Source of the DNA: Octopus sinensis
Lineage: Eukaryota
Length of the DNA: 64,000 nt
NCBI RefSeq assembly: GCF_006345805.1
Contig: NC_043007.1
Coordinates: 75,082,001-75,146,000, forward strand
Reading direction: 5' to 3'
The notes under the pieces are model-generated. The model saw only the letters and a program-made list of their open reading frames with translations, had not been told where the DNA came from and did not search any database. Made by a program: the position numbers and the translations under genes. Positions 24,637 to 38,874 of the stretch are shown here, piece by piece. Numbering within the stretch: the first letter of the stretch is position 1; each line of letters starts with the position of its first letter.

Positions 24637-24859
24637 TACATGTTCTTCACTTCAGCTTTATTATTATTCTTATTTTAGTGTCCTTTGTCTGAAATCTTTT
24701 GTCAGACACCCTGTGACCTCCTCAGTGATACCCCATCCCTCGTTGTCTCCTCTTGTTCTGTTTAGTCCATTCTCTCTTTCACAAAATATTTGTGATAAAA
24801 TTTCATTTTGTTTGGGAAGTTGAAAATTTCTGATGATGCTTATTTGTCTCCTTTTGCAG

Positions 24860-24991
24860 TTGGTGCTTACTGTGATGTTGACAAGTATTGTTGTATATAT
24901 CTACACAGTCATAGCCTTTAACTTCTTCAGGAAGTTCTATGTCAAAGAAGAGGATGGTCAAGTTGATTACAAATGCCATGACATGGCTACA
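24860..24991 (+). CDS. RyR: RyR exon (S5 and luminal loop)
   Basis: ttgcag|TTG...ACA|gtatgt; [44 protein letters not shown]. Confidence 0.97.
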
Positions 24992-25918
24992 GTATGTATT
25001 TTCTTTTGATTTTGGTTTTATATTTGTTCATACTATACCTCTTTTATTCAAGTAGCTGCAAGCCAATTTCCCCACACTATGCCAGAAGTTTGTCCCTCAT
25101 TAGTATTGTTGGGTTAACAATATGAGGCAGGATCAGAAATTTGAATTTAAAATCAAGGAATATGAGAGAATATGAAGAGTTCACATGAATGAAATGTCAT
25201 CTGGATTTACTCTCAACAACATCTCTTATTTATTTTTCACTGCCCTTAAAAGATACAATACTGTCTTTATACTGGCACTTGGACCCTGTGCTAGTAGGGT
25301 GCGAAGAGCACCATCTGAGCATGATCATTGCCAGAGCAGCTAACTGGCTTCTGTGCCGGTGGCAGATAAAAGGTACCATTCGAGCGTGATCATAACCAGC
25401 GTCGCCTTAATGGCACTTGTGCTGGTGGCACATGTAAAAGCATTTGAGTGAGGTCGTTGCTAGTACCATCTGACTGGCTCCCCTGCCAGTAGCATATAAA
25501 AGCACCCACTACACTTGCGGAGTGGTTGGCATTAGGAAGGGCATCCAGCTGTAGAAACTCTGCCAGATCAAGAATGGAGCCTGGTGCATCCATCTGGTTC
25601 GCCAGCCCTCAGTCAAATCATCCAACCCATGCTAGCATGGAAAGCGGACGTTAAACGATGATGATGATAAATATATAATGTAATTTTTTTTTTATTACCT
25701 ATGGTGAAATTCTTACAATTTCTTATTAGGGGTAAAATCTAAGAGATTTATTTCTCTACAACTATATAAATATCCGATATACAAGAAAACTGAATGTAAA
25801 AGCAATCATTGAATGTAGCACGTAAAATATTCTAGTTTTCCTTACTAAACTGTTAACCCCAGTTATTTTATTTCTCTTCAAACAATCTCTTTATTATAAA
25901 TTTATTTTCTTTTTTCAG

Positions 25919-25967
25919 TGTTTTGTCTATCATTTACATACTGGCCTCAGGGCAGGAGGGGGAATTG
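25919..25967 (+). CDS. RyR: RyR exon (pore helix and selectivity filter)
   Basis: tttcag|TGT...ATTG|gtaagt; phase 0-1; CFVYHLHTGLRAGGGI(G). Confidence 0.97.
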
Positions 25968-26099
25968 GTAAGTCACTTCTAACCTCAATATATCTTGGAA
26001 TAAAAAATTTTAGATAATTTTTACAAAGTCCCAATTTGAAATATGAAATTATGTAAAAAATATTTCATTTTTTAATTTTTTAGTTATATCTGAATTTGC

Positions 26100-26280
26100 A
26101 TAAAATTTACATCTATTTTACATCTAATTTACATCTATTTTACATTATCTTACATCTAATTTATATCAAATTTACATCTATGATACATCAGATTTATATC
26201 TAATTTGCATCAAATTTGCATCTAATTTACATCTATTTCACTTTTTATTTACATCTCTTTTACATCTAATTTACATATAT
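26100..26280. repeat. Degenerate 10-bp minisatellite (TTTACATCTA)n
   Basis: About 15 imperfect copies in the intron between the two pore exons. Confidence 0.8.
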
Positions 26281-26529
26281 TTTCCCATTATTTTTTGCAA
26301 AGTATCTTTAATGTTTGATATGTACAAAAATTATTTTTTATTTAATTTTATATGAATCCTATACAAGTCTTGTTGATGAGATATAAGGTATTACAAGAAC
26401 ACAGAAGACTGACTTGCTGTCATCTATATTTGCAAAGCTATATAAATGCAACCAAAATCAAATTGTTTATTTACTTGTTTAACAGTCTTAATTTACTTTA
26501 TCCATTTTATCTGTTCTCTTTTCTTTCAG

Positions 26530-26637
26530 GGGATGAAATTGAGCCAGCTGATGGAGATCCATCAGAAGCATACAGAATTATATTTGATATCACATTTTTC
26601 TTCTTCATCATTGTCATTTTGCTGGCTATCATTCAGG
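26530..26637 (+). CDS. RyR: RyR exon (S6)
   Basis: tttcag|GG...CAGG|gtatgt; phase 1-1; [35 protein letters not shown]. Confidence 0.97.
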
Positions 26638-28142
26638 GTATGTTACAAATAATTCAATTAAAATAACTCTCTAATTTGAGAAAATATTATTGTGTTATCT
26701 ATATTCATTCAAACCTTCATCCATTTTTACTCCTACCTATGTAATATTATCTACATCTACCCATCCCTTTTTATGTTTTTAGACCTACCAGCGACATCCC
26801 TCCAACCATCATCTATCCATTTTTTATACCTACATAGCATAGTATACCTACATAGCATATTCCTTCACTAATGTTACTATAGTTTGAATATGGTTTCCTT
26901 CAAGAAATATCACTATTAAATGAAAAGAATTACATGTAGTTATCACTTACAAGCGTCCAGTTTATGAATTTATAGCTTTACAAGAATCTACTAAGTTAAA
27001 AATAAGAACTAGTGAGTAACTCAATGTGCACTGCCCAAAACTTTATGTCCAAATCGATGAATATGTCTTTCAACTGAGCCAAAAACAAAATTGCTTAGGT
27101 GAGAGCTAGCAATCCACCCACCCAAACTCCCTAGCTCAGCACTATTGTAGTTGTTTTTATTCAATGTATTGGAAATATGCTGTGCTTGAGAAGACCTGGC
27201 AAGCCAAGTGAGACCATAACCACGTGGCCTATGCCAGGGGTTTAACCAGCCCACTTATGCATACCTTCCCTTCATTGGACACTAAACTCTACTTGTGAAG
27301 ACCTGTTGAGGCAAATGAAATCAAAATCGAAATCAAATTCGATGACTGGTATCCGTGCTAGTGGAGTGCCAAGAGCACCATCCGAGTGTGATCGTTGCCA
27401 GAGCAGCAAACTGGCTTCCGTGCCAGTGGCACATGCAAGTTCTTAATTAACATGTAATTACTAAGAACAAATTAATTCATAACATTGAGAACTATTTGTA
27501 TTATTAATGCTCGCATTCCTAGCATAAATAATTGTAAGCTTCTGTTGCCATGGACATATGTGCAACCTTTATATTTTTTTCCCCTGATTTAACATTAATA
27601 CTTGAAGCTTCAAAAATGAGCACTAAAAATGATAGAAACTTTTGTTCCAAAATCACATCTGACTCAAAAAGGCTTTTTGCTGTTGTGCAGAAGTTTTATC
27701 ACCTGCATTTGCCCCATGTATAAGATGCACCCTAATTTTTTCAATTAATATCAAGTATAAAACAGTGTGACTTACATATGAGTAAATACAATAAGTCATT
27801 AACACAGAGAAATTATTGGGTTGATATTATGTCAATCACTGATGAATGGTATTTGTTTCAAATTTTTTACCAAAGATATTTCAAGTATTTTCTGCAATCT
27901 GACTTTGAGCTATAAAAAAAACCACTTTCCCGATCAGCAAAATACTCTTAAAAAGATGGAATGGTCACAGCTAAAATGCCTTTGATCACAAGTTTACTCA
28001 ATTAGGATTGGCCTAGGGCTAAACAGCAACAATATTAACAACAATTAGAAATACACATACACTCCAACAGGTTTGTATATAATTTAATATTGCTTGGCAA
28101 GGAAGAATTTGGCATAAATTTGGTTTTTTTATCCCTCTACAG

Positions 28143-28207
28143 GTTTGATCATTGACGCTTTCGGAGAACTGAGAGATCAATTGGAACAAGTAAAAGAAGA
28201 TATGGAG
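28143..28207 (+). CDS. RyR: RyR exon (S6 gate and cytoplasmic extension)
   Basis: ctacag|GT...GAG|gtaaat; [22 protein letters not shown]. Confidence 0.97.
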
Positions 28208-29249
28208 GTAAATAGAAAATATAGCATGCTTACAAGTCCATTCTTTTAGCTATTTCAATGCTCATTGTTTAATTCCTTTATTATTGTATTTCAAACAAAA
28301 ATACACTGTTTTATGTATGTTAAATAATTTTGAAAAAGTTAAAACAATTTGAAAGAATTTAGTAAACTACCTAACTTTTTTTTCTCTGACTTTACATTCT
28401 GAGTTCAAATTCCAGCAAGGTTGACTTTGTCTTTCATCATTTTCGAGTTGATAAAACAACTACCAGTTGAGCACTGGTGAGGGTCATTATTATTAACAAG
28501 CTCCCTCTTCCCAAGTTTCTGGTCTTGTGCATATCATAGAAAGAAGTATTAACCATTTCAGAAAGTAATGCAAATTCTATTAGCCTTTCTTTCTGATTCA
28601 CATTTATATTGACCCATACACACTAGTACTTATGTTTTATCAATCTCTGATTAGCAAATGACTAAGTTACCTTTCGACACACCTTTTTACACTAGTATAC
28701 AGAAATAGAGAGACACTCACTCATGGATATTCCATTCATTAGACATTATTCGATCCAAAGCTGCAATAAAAGGTACTTGACCAGAGCACCTAACAGTGAA
28801 ACTGAATTTGAAATTGTATGGTTTATAAACAAACTTCTTAACTACACAGCTATACCAGCACTTATGTTAGAAATCAACATTGTTTTGTTTTTATATGCAA
28901 GTCATCATTTTTAATCTTGCTGTTCACTGCATAGGATGATAAGTTATCAGTTGGCTGCTTGGATCAGCAAATAACTTGTCCACTGAAGTCATAAACAGAG
29001 CTTCCAATTCTTATTAGATTAATTTAGTCCAGGGTGCTTCTGACTAATGAGACACAACAATGTTGAAACACCAGCCATCTCAGAGTCCATTGCACTAATG
29101 AATCAAGTGTTATAAACACATATTCATTACAAAAAAGAAACCGATCTTCTGTAGCAAGGTACAACAGTGATTAGCATATTTATGTTTGAATCTGCCAGAG
29201 TGTTTTTAGAATAAATATGAAAGTCATCATATCCTTATTTTATTTTCAG

Positions 29250-29350
29250 TCTAAATGTTTCATCTGTGGTATCGGCAAGGAATTCTTTGATAAAGTTCCG
29301 CATGGTTTCGACACTCATGTAATGAATGAACATAATTTTGCAAATTACAT
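29250..29350 (+). CDS. RyR: RyR exon (CTD zinc site)
   Basis: tttcag|TCT...AT|gtaagt; [33 protein letters not shown]. Confidence 0.97.
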
Positions 29351-30914
29351 GTAAGTATCTTTTTTTGATCACTTTTATTTTTCTTTATTTTTGTGTCATT
29401 ATTTGTATTAACTAAGGTGGCGAGCTGACAGAATTGCTAGCACGCTGAGCAAAATGCTTAGTGGTATTTCATCCATACTTACGTTTCTGAGTTCAAATTC
29501 CACCAAGGTCAACTTTACCTTTCATCCTTTTGGGGTTGATGAAATAAGTACCAGTTGTGCACTTGGGTTGATATAATTGACAAGCCCCCACTCCCCAAAA
29601 AGTTTCAGGCCTTGTGCCAAAAGAAGAAAGGATTATTTCACTAAACTTCAGCTCCAGAAAAAAGCTTCAGTTCCAACCAATACCAGCCCAGGACAATAGA
29701 TTATTGGAATTGTGAAAACATTAAACCAGATGCTTTACATTGCATTCTTAGTTCAAATCCCTTCCATAGCCTACTTAAGTGGTAGACTTAATCCTTTAGC
29801 ATTCACATTACTCTGTCAAATGTGATGCTTATCTATTCACATTATTTTGAATTAATTATGCATTATCTTGTAGGTTTAAGGTTTTCATGAGGTAATAATT
29901 AATTTTTAGAATGACATTGTAGGGTTAGTGTGAGAGGTCAGATTGGGCCAGTTTGAACATAAAACCAGTTGAATATTTGGCCAGATATGGCTGGTGTAAA
30001 TGCTAATGGATTGATCCATCATCAAGTAGGGTATCTTCAGCAGAATTCCCCCTGTTGCAAACAAACATGCCAGGTCTCCTGTTTGAGAACATCTTCCCTT
30101 CTTTTCATTAAACTCAGAAGCCTTGCGTTCAAGAAGATTGCCTTCTCACCTGACTAATGGATAAATAAATTACTTAACCTCTACAAAGACGTTGTGAGCT
30201 CCACAAGGAAATACAGCTGCCTTGCCTGGAATGGTGCAACCTTACATGCACAGATATCTTAGACAGCATAAAAAAAGGCCACCAAACAAATTGATGTGAA
30301 ACCTACCAAATTCTAACACCCTCTCGCAGATGTATTGTCTCTCTTGTTCTACCTCTTCTCCCACTACTATAGGGACTTTTGTTAATTGGTGTTGGCAGCT
30401 CTCATACTGATTCCAGTCAGGTCCATCTAGCAAACTCATCTCTTATAATCTATATTGCAACCACGCAAGGGCGGTGAGCTGGCAGAAACGTTAGCACGCC
30501 AGGCGAAATGCTTAGCAGTATTTTGTCTGTCGCCACATTCTGAGTTCAAATTCCGCCGAGGTCGACTTTGCCTTTCATCCTTTCAGGATTGATTAAATGA
30601 GTACCAGTTATGCACTGGGGTCGATGCAATCGACTTAATCCATTTGTCTGTCTTTGTTTGTCCCCTCTGTGTTTAGCCCATTGTGGATAGTAAAGAAATA
30701 TATATTGCAACCACACCCATCTCCAGGCTTCATTTTAAACACTTTTCTTGATCCTTTCTGTCAGTGGCATAGCTAGAGTGTGTATCACCCAGGGTACCCC
30801 TCAAATTTGCCTCCCCCCCCAACCCACATTGCCAAGCCTATACAGGTTTGCCATTTTCGACAAATGCTTGCTGTTTTCAGTTATAAAAAGAATTCATTTT
30901 TTTTCTTTTGACAG

Positions 30915-30966
30915 GTTCTTCTTAATGCATCTTATTAACAAACCAGACACAGAGTACACTGGACAA
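30915..30966 (+). CDS. RyR: RyR exon
   Basis: gacag|G...CAA|gtaaga; FFLMHLINKPDTEYTGQ. Confidence 0.97.
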
Positions 30967-31926
30967 GTAAGATTTTCTTTTTCCATTTTTATAACATGTT
31001 ACTCTACTTCTCAACTTGATCACACTTTATCTACTCTATATTTGCATCCAGCATGAAAGCAGAGAACAAATAATAGTGATACTATATAACACTATATATA
31101 TATATATATATAGTGAGAGAGAGAGAGAGGAATCTGAGGTTATAAGAGATAATGGTGTCATTGAGACCCAAAGGTGTCAGGTAATGCTGAATAAGTGCTA
31201 TAGACAGATCATAGTTAAGTTCCAGATTTGGTAATTTTGCGAATAAGGGGTTCAACGTTGGTTCTATGTCAGCATGTGTATATAAGAATTTTTTGCGTAA
31301 TAAGATAACAAACCAAGGCTGTGTAGATATTAGAGCATTTATAGATAGAAGGTCTTACAGCTGTTACACACACACATACACACACACACACACTAAGACT
31401 CATACACATGTGCATGCACACACACACACAAATATCATTCCTGGTTCTCCCTGGATTATTTTTCCTGTTTTTTTTTTACTTAATTTTTGAGAGCGGTTGA
31501 GTTCATTTTTAGTATTCTTATTTGTGAGAACAGTCAACCCTATTTCAGATATTCCCATTTTAAAAATCATCTGTGGCTAATTGTTGAGAGGACATTGGTG
31601 TTGCATTGGCCGAGGTTTGTGCTCTCTGAGTGTTCTTGTTAAGTATTGTTTCAGTTAGAAACTAGAAAACTCAAATACAAAAGGGTGTTACTTCTGCCGC
31701 ACCCTGTATATAAAGGTAAAGGTAATGGTTACCTTCCTGACTCATGCCAACTCATAAGGACTGGTTTCCCAGTTTCCATGGTTACTTATTTTTGCCAGCC
31801 GAGTGGACTGGAGCAATGTGAAATGAAGTGATTTGCTCAAGAACACAATGTGTCACTCAGTGCAAGAATCATAACTACAATCTTATGATCATGAGTCCAA
31901 GACCCTAGCCATGCACCTCGACACTG

Positions 31927-31973
<47 letters not shown>

Positions 31974-32222
31974 AGAAATATGTTACAAAAATAAAATAGA
32001 AACTACACATGGAAATGTAAGGGGAAAGTAAGAAGAAAAAGAAGTGAAAATGCACATTGGAAATCAAAAAAAGTAAAGGCTTTTTATGAAAAAGTTACGA
32101 TGGATATATACAATTAGATGAACTGAGGTAGGAATAAAAGTAATAAAAGTCATTATTGGGAATTCTTAAAGAGATTCAAAAGCATACTGGTTTCGTGAAT
32201 TTACTAATCATTGCTTTGAATG

Positions 32223-32294
<72 letters not shown>

Positions 32295-32324
32295 ACAGAC
32301 AGACAGACAGACAGATAGATAGAT

Positions 32325-32362
<38 letters not shown>

Positions 32363-32364
<2 letters not shown>

Positions 32365-32568
32365 TATAATGCAAAAAGATGGAATGAACAGGCTTTAATC
32401 CGAATCACAACAATTCTTTCTGTGTATTAACATCAGCTGTTAGTTATATATTTATATAATAATATGTGTAATATGTGAAGCACTCGGCAATTACCAGCTG
32501 ATACCAATGCACAGAAGCAATTTTAATGATTTGGATTAAAGCCTGTTCATTCCATCCTGTATTATAAT
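32363..32568. mobile_element. MITE-like inverted-repeat element
   Basis: gatggaatgaacaggctttaatcc versus ggattaaagcctgttcattccatc, with attataat at both ends. Confidence 0.6.
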
Positions 32569-33023
32569 TTTGCTTGAATGAATTCTGCATACACTAATGG
32601 ATTTCCACATGTATATCCTGTAAAAGTAGTAAAGTAGTAATCCTGCTGTATGATGGCATATGGTAACCAATAATCATATAGAAGCTTTGGAAAGCATGTT
32701 ATATGGTTATTACCCAGATAAATACACACACACAATGGCAATAACAGGGCAACAAGTCTACTATATAGTGTGTATCAAATGATACTGAGGGGGCAGCTGG
32801 GGGATTTTGTGTTTGAGGGTTGTGTCAGGGTTTTTTTCATACAGGTGGGCGATGGAACATTTTTTGGCCGACAGGTAGGCGATATTGCAATTTGGCACAA
32901 AAAGTTTGGGAAACACAGGTCTAACTCAAGGATACAACATGCCACTGGAGAATATCAAACTCCTGACCTTATGATCATGAGCTTTATACCCTAACCACTG
33001 AGCCACATTGCCTTCACAAATAG

Positions 33024-33063
<40 letters not shown>

Positions 33064-33232
33064 CGCAGGAGTGGCTGTGTGGTAAGTAGCTTGCTTACCA
33101 ACCACATGGTTCCGGGTTCAGTCCCACTGCGTGGCACCTTGGGCAAGTGTCTTCTACTATAGCCTCGGGCCAACCAAAGCCTTGTGAGTGGATTTGGTAG
33201 ACGGAAACTGAAAGAAGCTCGTCGTATATATG

Positions 33233-33263
<31 letters not shown>

Positions 33264-33486
33264 ATGTATGTTTGTGTGTCTGTGTTTGTCCCCCTAGCAT
33301 TGCATGACAACCGATGCTGGTGTGTTTATGTCCCCGTCACTTAGCGGTTCGGCAAAAGAGACCGATAGAATAAGTACTGGCCTTACAAAGAATAAGTCCC
33401 GGGGTCGAGTTGCTCGATTAAAGGCGGTGCTTCAGCATGGCTGCAGTCAAATGACTGAAACAAGTAAAAGAGTAAAGAGTAAAGAG

Positions 33487-33521
<35 letters not shown>

Positions 33522-33531
<10 letters not shown>

Positions 33532-33829
33532 CAAAGGAATTCCAACTCTGTTTTTATGTTTTATTTATATTCTTTATAATATTAATGTAGAATATAGAAT
33601 ATATAGTATAAATAATATGTATGCTGTATATAGTATAGAGTCCCTTAATATTCATATTCACTATTTCATCTATTCAATAAGACAATCAATACTTCATTTC
33701 ATTTTACTATATACACTATATACACTATATATTTATACTACATATTTTATATCCTTCATTAATATTATAAAGAATATAAATAAAACATAAAAAACAGACA
33801 GAGTTGGAATTCCTTTGAATAATATATAT
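33522..33829. mobile_element. MITE with ~70-bp TIRs inserted in (TA)n
   Basis: atatattattcaaaggaattccaactctg...ctttataatattaatg versus cattaatattataaag...cagagttggaattcctttgaataatatat. Confidence 0.7.
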
Positions 33830-34836
33830 CCCTCTATACACAATCATACAAACCCCTTTTTATTTATATATATGTGTGTGTGTTCTATACAATAGTACAT
33901 ATACTGTAAATGGTAATATAGTAATTTATTTCCTTTCTTCAATGACAACCCATTCAGTACTTTACTAGTTTAGAATTTGTGGAGCAGGGAATCAATGGGA
34001 CCTTTCAGCAGATTAAGTGGGATTAAGATAATAGTAGGCCAGGGGCCCACTACGAAATACCTCAAAGTATTTATGAATTTCTGGTCCTTTACATTCTGAT
34101 TTTAAATTCTGCTGATATCAACTTTGTCTTTCATTCTTCTTAAATACTGCAAATAAAATACCAGTCATGTGGTGGGGAGCTCACGTAATTGACTACACCA
34201 AATTGTCCCAAAAATGTGGGCATATGTTAGAAATTAATATTTCTTCAATTATAGACGACAGCAAGCTGGCAAAATCATTAGTGTGTTGGACAAAATGCTT
34301 ATCAGCATTTCCTCTGTCTTCACGTTCTGAGTTCAAATTCTACCAAGAATGACTTTGCCTCTTACCCTTTGGGGTTTGGTAAAATAAATACCAGTTGAGT
34401 ACTGAGTTTGATGTAATAGATTAATCCCCACCCCAAAAATTTCAGGCTTTGTGCTTATAGTAAAAAGAAATATTCTATGAATCATGACATTTCTATCTCT
34501 CTAACCATTAGCCATCTGTTTTTCATGTAAATTATTATATTCTAAAAAGTTAAAAAGAAAACCTCTATGTGTTCCAATGATCTGCAAGAAATAGCAGCCA
34601 GATCTCCCTTAAATCAACCCCTGTTGTCTTAAAAAGGAAGGACACTATAGATAATGAAGTCCTAGATACACTATGTCTAAATAAATGATAGGATGATCGA
34701 GGCTTGAATGTCTTCTCTGCCAGAGTTTATTAGGGGATAGATAACATCAACACAATATTTTAAATATTTCCACATTTTGTATTGTTATAATTATGTCTTA
34801 ACAAATTATGATATCAATTGTTTTGTTATGTTCCAG

Positions 34837-34935
34837 GAAACCTATGTTTGGGAAATGTATCAACAGCGCTGCTGGGACTTTTTCCCAGTTGGTGATTGCT
34901 TTAGGAAACAGTATGAAGATGAAGCTTCTAGCTGA
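34837..34935 (+). CDS. RyR: RyR terminal coding exon
   Basis: ttccag|GAA...TGA; [32 protein letters not shown]. Confidence 0.97.
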   Translation, partial: ETYVWEMYQQRCWDFFPVGDCFRKQYEDEASS

Positions 34936-37900
34936 AAACAGAGCTGATCCATTTAACTGTGATTGATGTTAGGTAGTTGATCAACTACAGGTCGAGAAAT
35001 GTTCTTACCCGAATGATGGACCACAGACTTACAGATACCATCAGAATTTTATAGGACAAATATAAAAGTATTTTCACAACAGATTTCTGAAACCGAATTA
35101 CAACAGCTGTATCCACGATTAGAACATTTCAGAGCTGCCTCTGTCAGTTTGTGTGTATTTGTGTTTGAATATATGAGATCTTGTGTTCGGGAAGTAGCTT
35201 TAAATGTACGTGTGGATTCTCCTGTCTCCAGTTGTTCATCATGGAGACTACGAAGCAGAACTGTGGCCAAACATACCTTTAAAAAGAAATGCAAATATAT
35301 ACATGTATTTTAATCTTTGTGTTTGATAACAATACCTAACCATTTTGATTCTTCTTGATTCAAACCCCCACCCCCTCTTAATTGCAAATTTCTTTGAGGT
35401 TTTGGTCCTCTCTTGGAGGACCTTACTCTTTTCTTAAATTAAACAAAACAAATTTGTGCACATATCAATACAGATATAAATCAAAAGAAATGAAATATTG
35501 TCGTAAAACAAGAAAAAAATGAAACCCACCAAATTTTCTTATGATAGATTTTTATAAGTATTTTTTGAACTATATGGAAAATAAAAAAAAAGTCCATAAA
35601 AATGGAAATATTGCTATAATTTGATATTTATAACTTTTACCCTGATTTTCCATTTATGAAGTTTGAAACGGAGGACTTCAGAACCCAGTTTGGAAGTTCC
35701 CAGGTCCAGCTTTGTCCCTTCCAAGAATGAAAAACAAAAATAAAGATTTTAAAAATTGATTTTTTTTTTCCTAACTTATTGCATGTTTTCTGGGATTTTT
35801 TTCTACCAGTATATTCCTTTTTTTTTCCTTTCTCTATTTGAGATCTTAAATTATTATTATTTACATAGAGATTTCTTGGAAGACTGCATAGATATAAACT
35901 AATACAAGTAATAGCACAATATCGTATGATTTGATAGTGTGATATATTTTTCAATAGGTTTTCTTGAAGTGAGAAGCAGAACTAGATTAACAACTACAAA
36001 TAAAGTTTTTCTCCCTATTTCTTTTAAATAACAATCTAGAATTATTCTAATTAGGATAATAACTCAATGGTTCTTACGTTTTTTATGCCACATATCAATT
36101 GTGGAGGACTAAAACAGAAATACAAATGCACTTGTGATATCATTTTGATTCTCTATGGCTGCCATCATGGTACAGCAGTATATTCTTGGAATATTAAGTT
36201 TGTAACGCAGTTTCCAGTCACAAAGGTACAACTATTACAACTTTTCATATTCCTAACTTTGTACCTTTTAACATTTCTTGCCTAATTAAGAAATAATTAT
36301 TTTCACTCTTTCTTTCCATGAAAATTTTTCTTTCCCACTTTCTCTTCAACCACCACCAACCATTCCCTACCATAATAAACTAAGATGGACAGCAAAGAAA
36401 TTAAGAATATATTTTGTCACACTCTAACTTGTAAACTTATGAAACCTTTCTTTACAAACATTTAATTCCATCAGTTGGCTGTTTCTTTGGAAATGTGCCA
36501 AATAAACTTTCGCTGTTTGACTTTTTACACAATATCTTACACAACTGTAAAAATCTTACATGACTAAAAAAAAATCAAGACAAACTGATTAAAAAGTTGT
36601 TTAGAAATTACTTTGTCCAATCTTGTAATTTTTCTTCTTCTTCAGCAAGTATTTGTCAATTCAGAGGTGAACAGGGGGGCTGAGGGCAACTGTGTGTCTA
36701 ATGATTTGTAAGCTGCCATGCTGAAGTCAAATTCACTGACCAAGAGAAGGTTACAATAAGAGAGAAGGTTGTCTTCAGCTTTCTATCAGCACAGTTAACA
36801 GATCTTGACTTTGGGCTTTTTAACCAGTAAAAAAAAATATGCCAAATGATGTTCTAAGTTTGATCCTACTATGAAGTATTTGGGGCAAATGTCTTCTACC
36901 ATAGCCTTCTAGCAGAACTCACTTCTCTCAGAGCCTTCTACCATAATCTTCTGCCATAACTTTCACTTATCCCATATGTCTTCTGCCATAGTTTTCTAGC
37001 AGTCCTGTGAATAAAACTGAATGAGCATAATCTGTGAAGCCAGTCAGATGAATGGGATATGAAATTCAAAAACCAGCATTGTCATCACACAGTGCCACAC
37101 TGATTGTGATTGAGTATTACATTAAGGACCCTTGTGTCTGTAGAATTGTCAACCTTTTATATACACCAATACACTGAGGAGACAGTTCTGGTAATCAAAC
37201 AGCCAAAATGCTCATAATTGCAACTAATAGAAGATCTGTTTAATTTATTTACAATAGTCCATTCAAAACACTCAAAAAACTTATGACAGTCATTTCAAAT
37301 GATGACCCTGTCTCTGTTCTATGGATTAAGTCATTTGTTTCTGGATCATAAACATAAGGCCAAGTTGCATCTCTTGTCACCAGATCAGGAAAAATAACAT
37401 GGACACAGGCATGGTTATGTGGTAAGAAATTTACTTCCCAATCACATGGATCTAGGTTCAGTCACACTGTGTGGAACCTTGGGCAAGTGTCACCTACTCT
37501 AGCCTTGGGCTGACCAAAGCTTTGTGAGTGAATATGGTAAACAGAAACTGAAAGAAGATCATCATATATGTGTATGTATATAACTATCAACATCATCGTC
37601 ATTTAACATTGTTTAACATCCATCGTCCATGCATGTATGGGTAGGACTATATATATGTATATATATATATATGTATGTGCGGCGAGCTGGCAGAAACGTT
37701 AGCATGCCAGGCAAAATGCATAGCCATATTTCGTCTACCATTATGTTCTGGGTTCAAATTCCACCGAGGTCGATAAATTAAGTACCAGTTATGCACTGGG
37801 GCCGATGTAATCAACTTAATCCGTTTGTCTGTCCTTGTTTGTCCCCTCTGAGTTTAGCCCCTTGTGGGTAGTAAAGAAATATATATATACATATATTATA

Positions 37901-38874
37901 TGTATGTGTGTGTGTGTTTCTTTGTACTTAGAATGAGTACCAAGCTTAAAAAGAACATAAGCATTGGTGTCAATTCATTTAACTAAAATTCTTTGAGGTG
38001 GTGCCCCAGCATGGTCGCAACCTAATTTATTAAACAAGTAAAAGATAAAAGATACATCTTCATTGCCTTAAATGTTTTCAGCAGTTAAGACCAGATTTCT
38101 GTCCTTCTCTCTTTCAAATCATTTACCGGCTGCCGAGAAACCTACTTCACACAGACTTTCCAATAACTACGGAATTCCAACATCTTCTGCAATGCATATT
38201 TGACAACAGTCCTGTCATCCAGAAAACTCAAGGATTGTCACTCATCTATTGGCACAAATAAATTCTCCCAACTACTGGTGATGCTTGTCAAGTGTTGCAG
38301 TTGGTCTCCTTCTGTATAGTTTGTCTTCAAGGATGGTTTCCAGTTCTTTAACCTTTTAGCATTTCAAACAGCTTACATTGTTTTAGTTATCAGAAAAGTA
38401 ACAATTTACCTTTGCTACTTTAATGCTCATGGGATCCTTTGTATGTTGTTCTTTGAAGCTGATTTTATTTAGAAGTAAAAAATACACTTCTTTCCACTTC
38501 GAATTAAAAAGAAAAACAAAAATCACATACAAACATGGTTTATACACATGTGTGTATATTTCTTTTTAAAAAATCTTTTAAATAACTAAAACCAACTTAG
38601 AAGAGGTTCCTATTCAAACACTGGCCATATCCGGCCAAAAAGTATTCAGCTTCTTTTATGTTCAAACTGACCAGATCTGGTCGCTCACACCAACCCTACA
38701 ATATCATTTTAAAAATTAACAGCTACCCCATCATAATCTCATAGCTACAAGATAATGCATGATTAGTTCAAAACAATGTGGATGAAAAAGCATTAATTTT
38801 CGCAGAATAATGTGAAAACTAAAGGGTTAAACTTCGTTTATCTGAAGAAGTCTAACTCTTTAGCATTTCATCCA

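Noticed and set aside
35580-36510. RyR polyadenylation site
   Set aside because: Several AATAAA hexamers (e.g. ~35580, ~35999, ~36500) in very AT-rich DNA; cannot choose one without transcript data.
36600-38380. Possible minus-strand exons at ~36610-36800 and ~38135-38230
   Set aside because: Donor-like sites are present, but frames close within ~15-30 codons or lack a credible acceptor.
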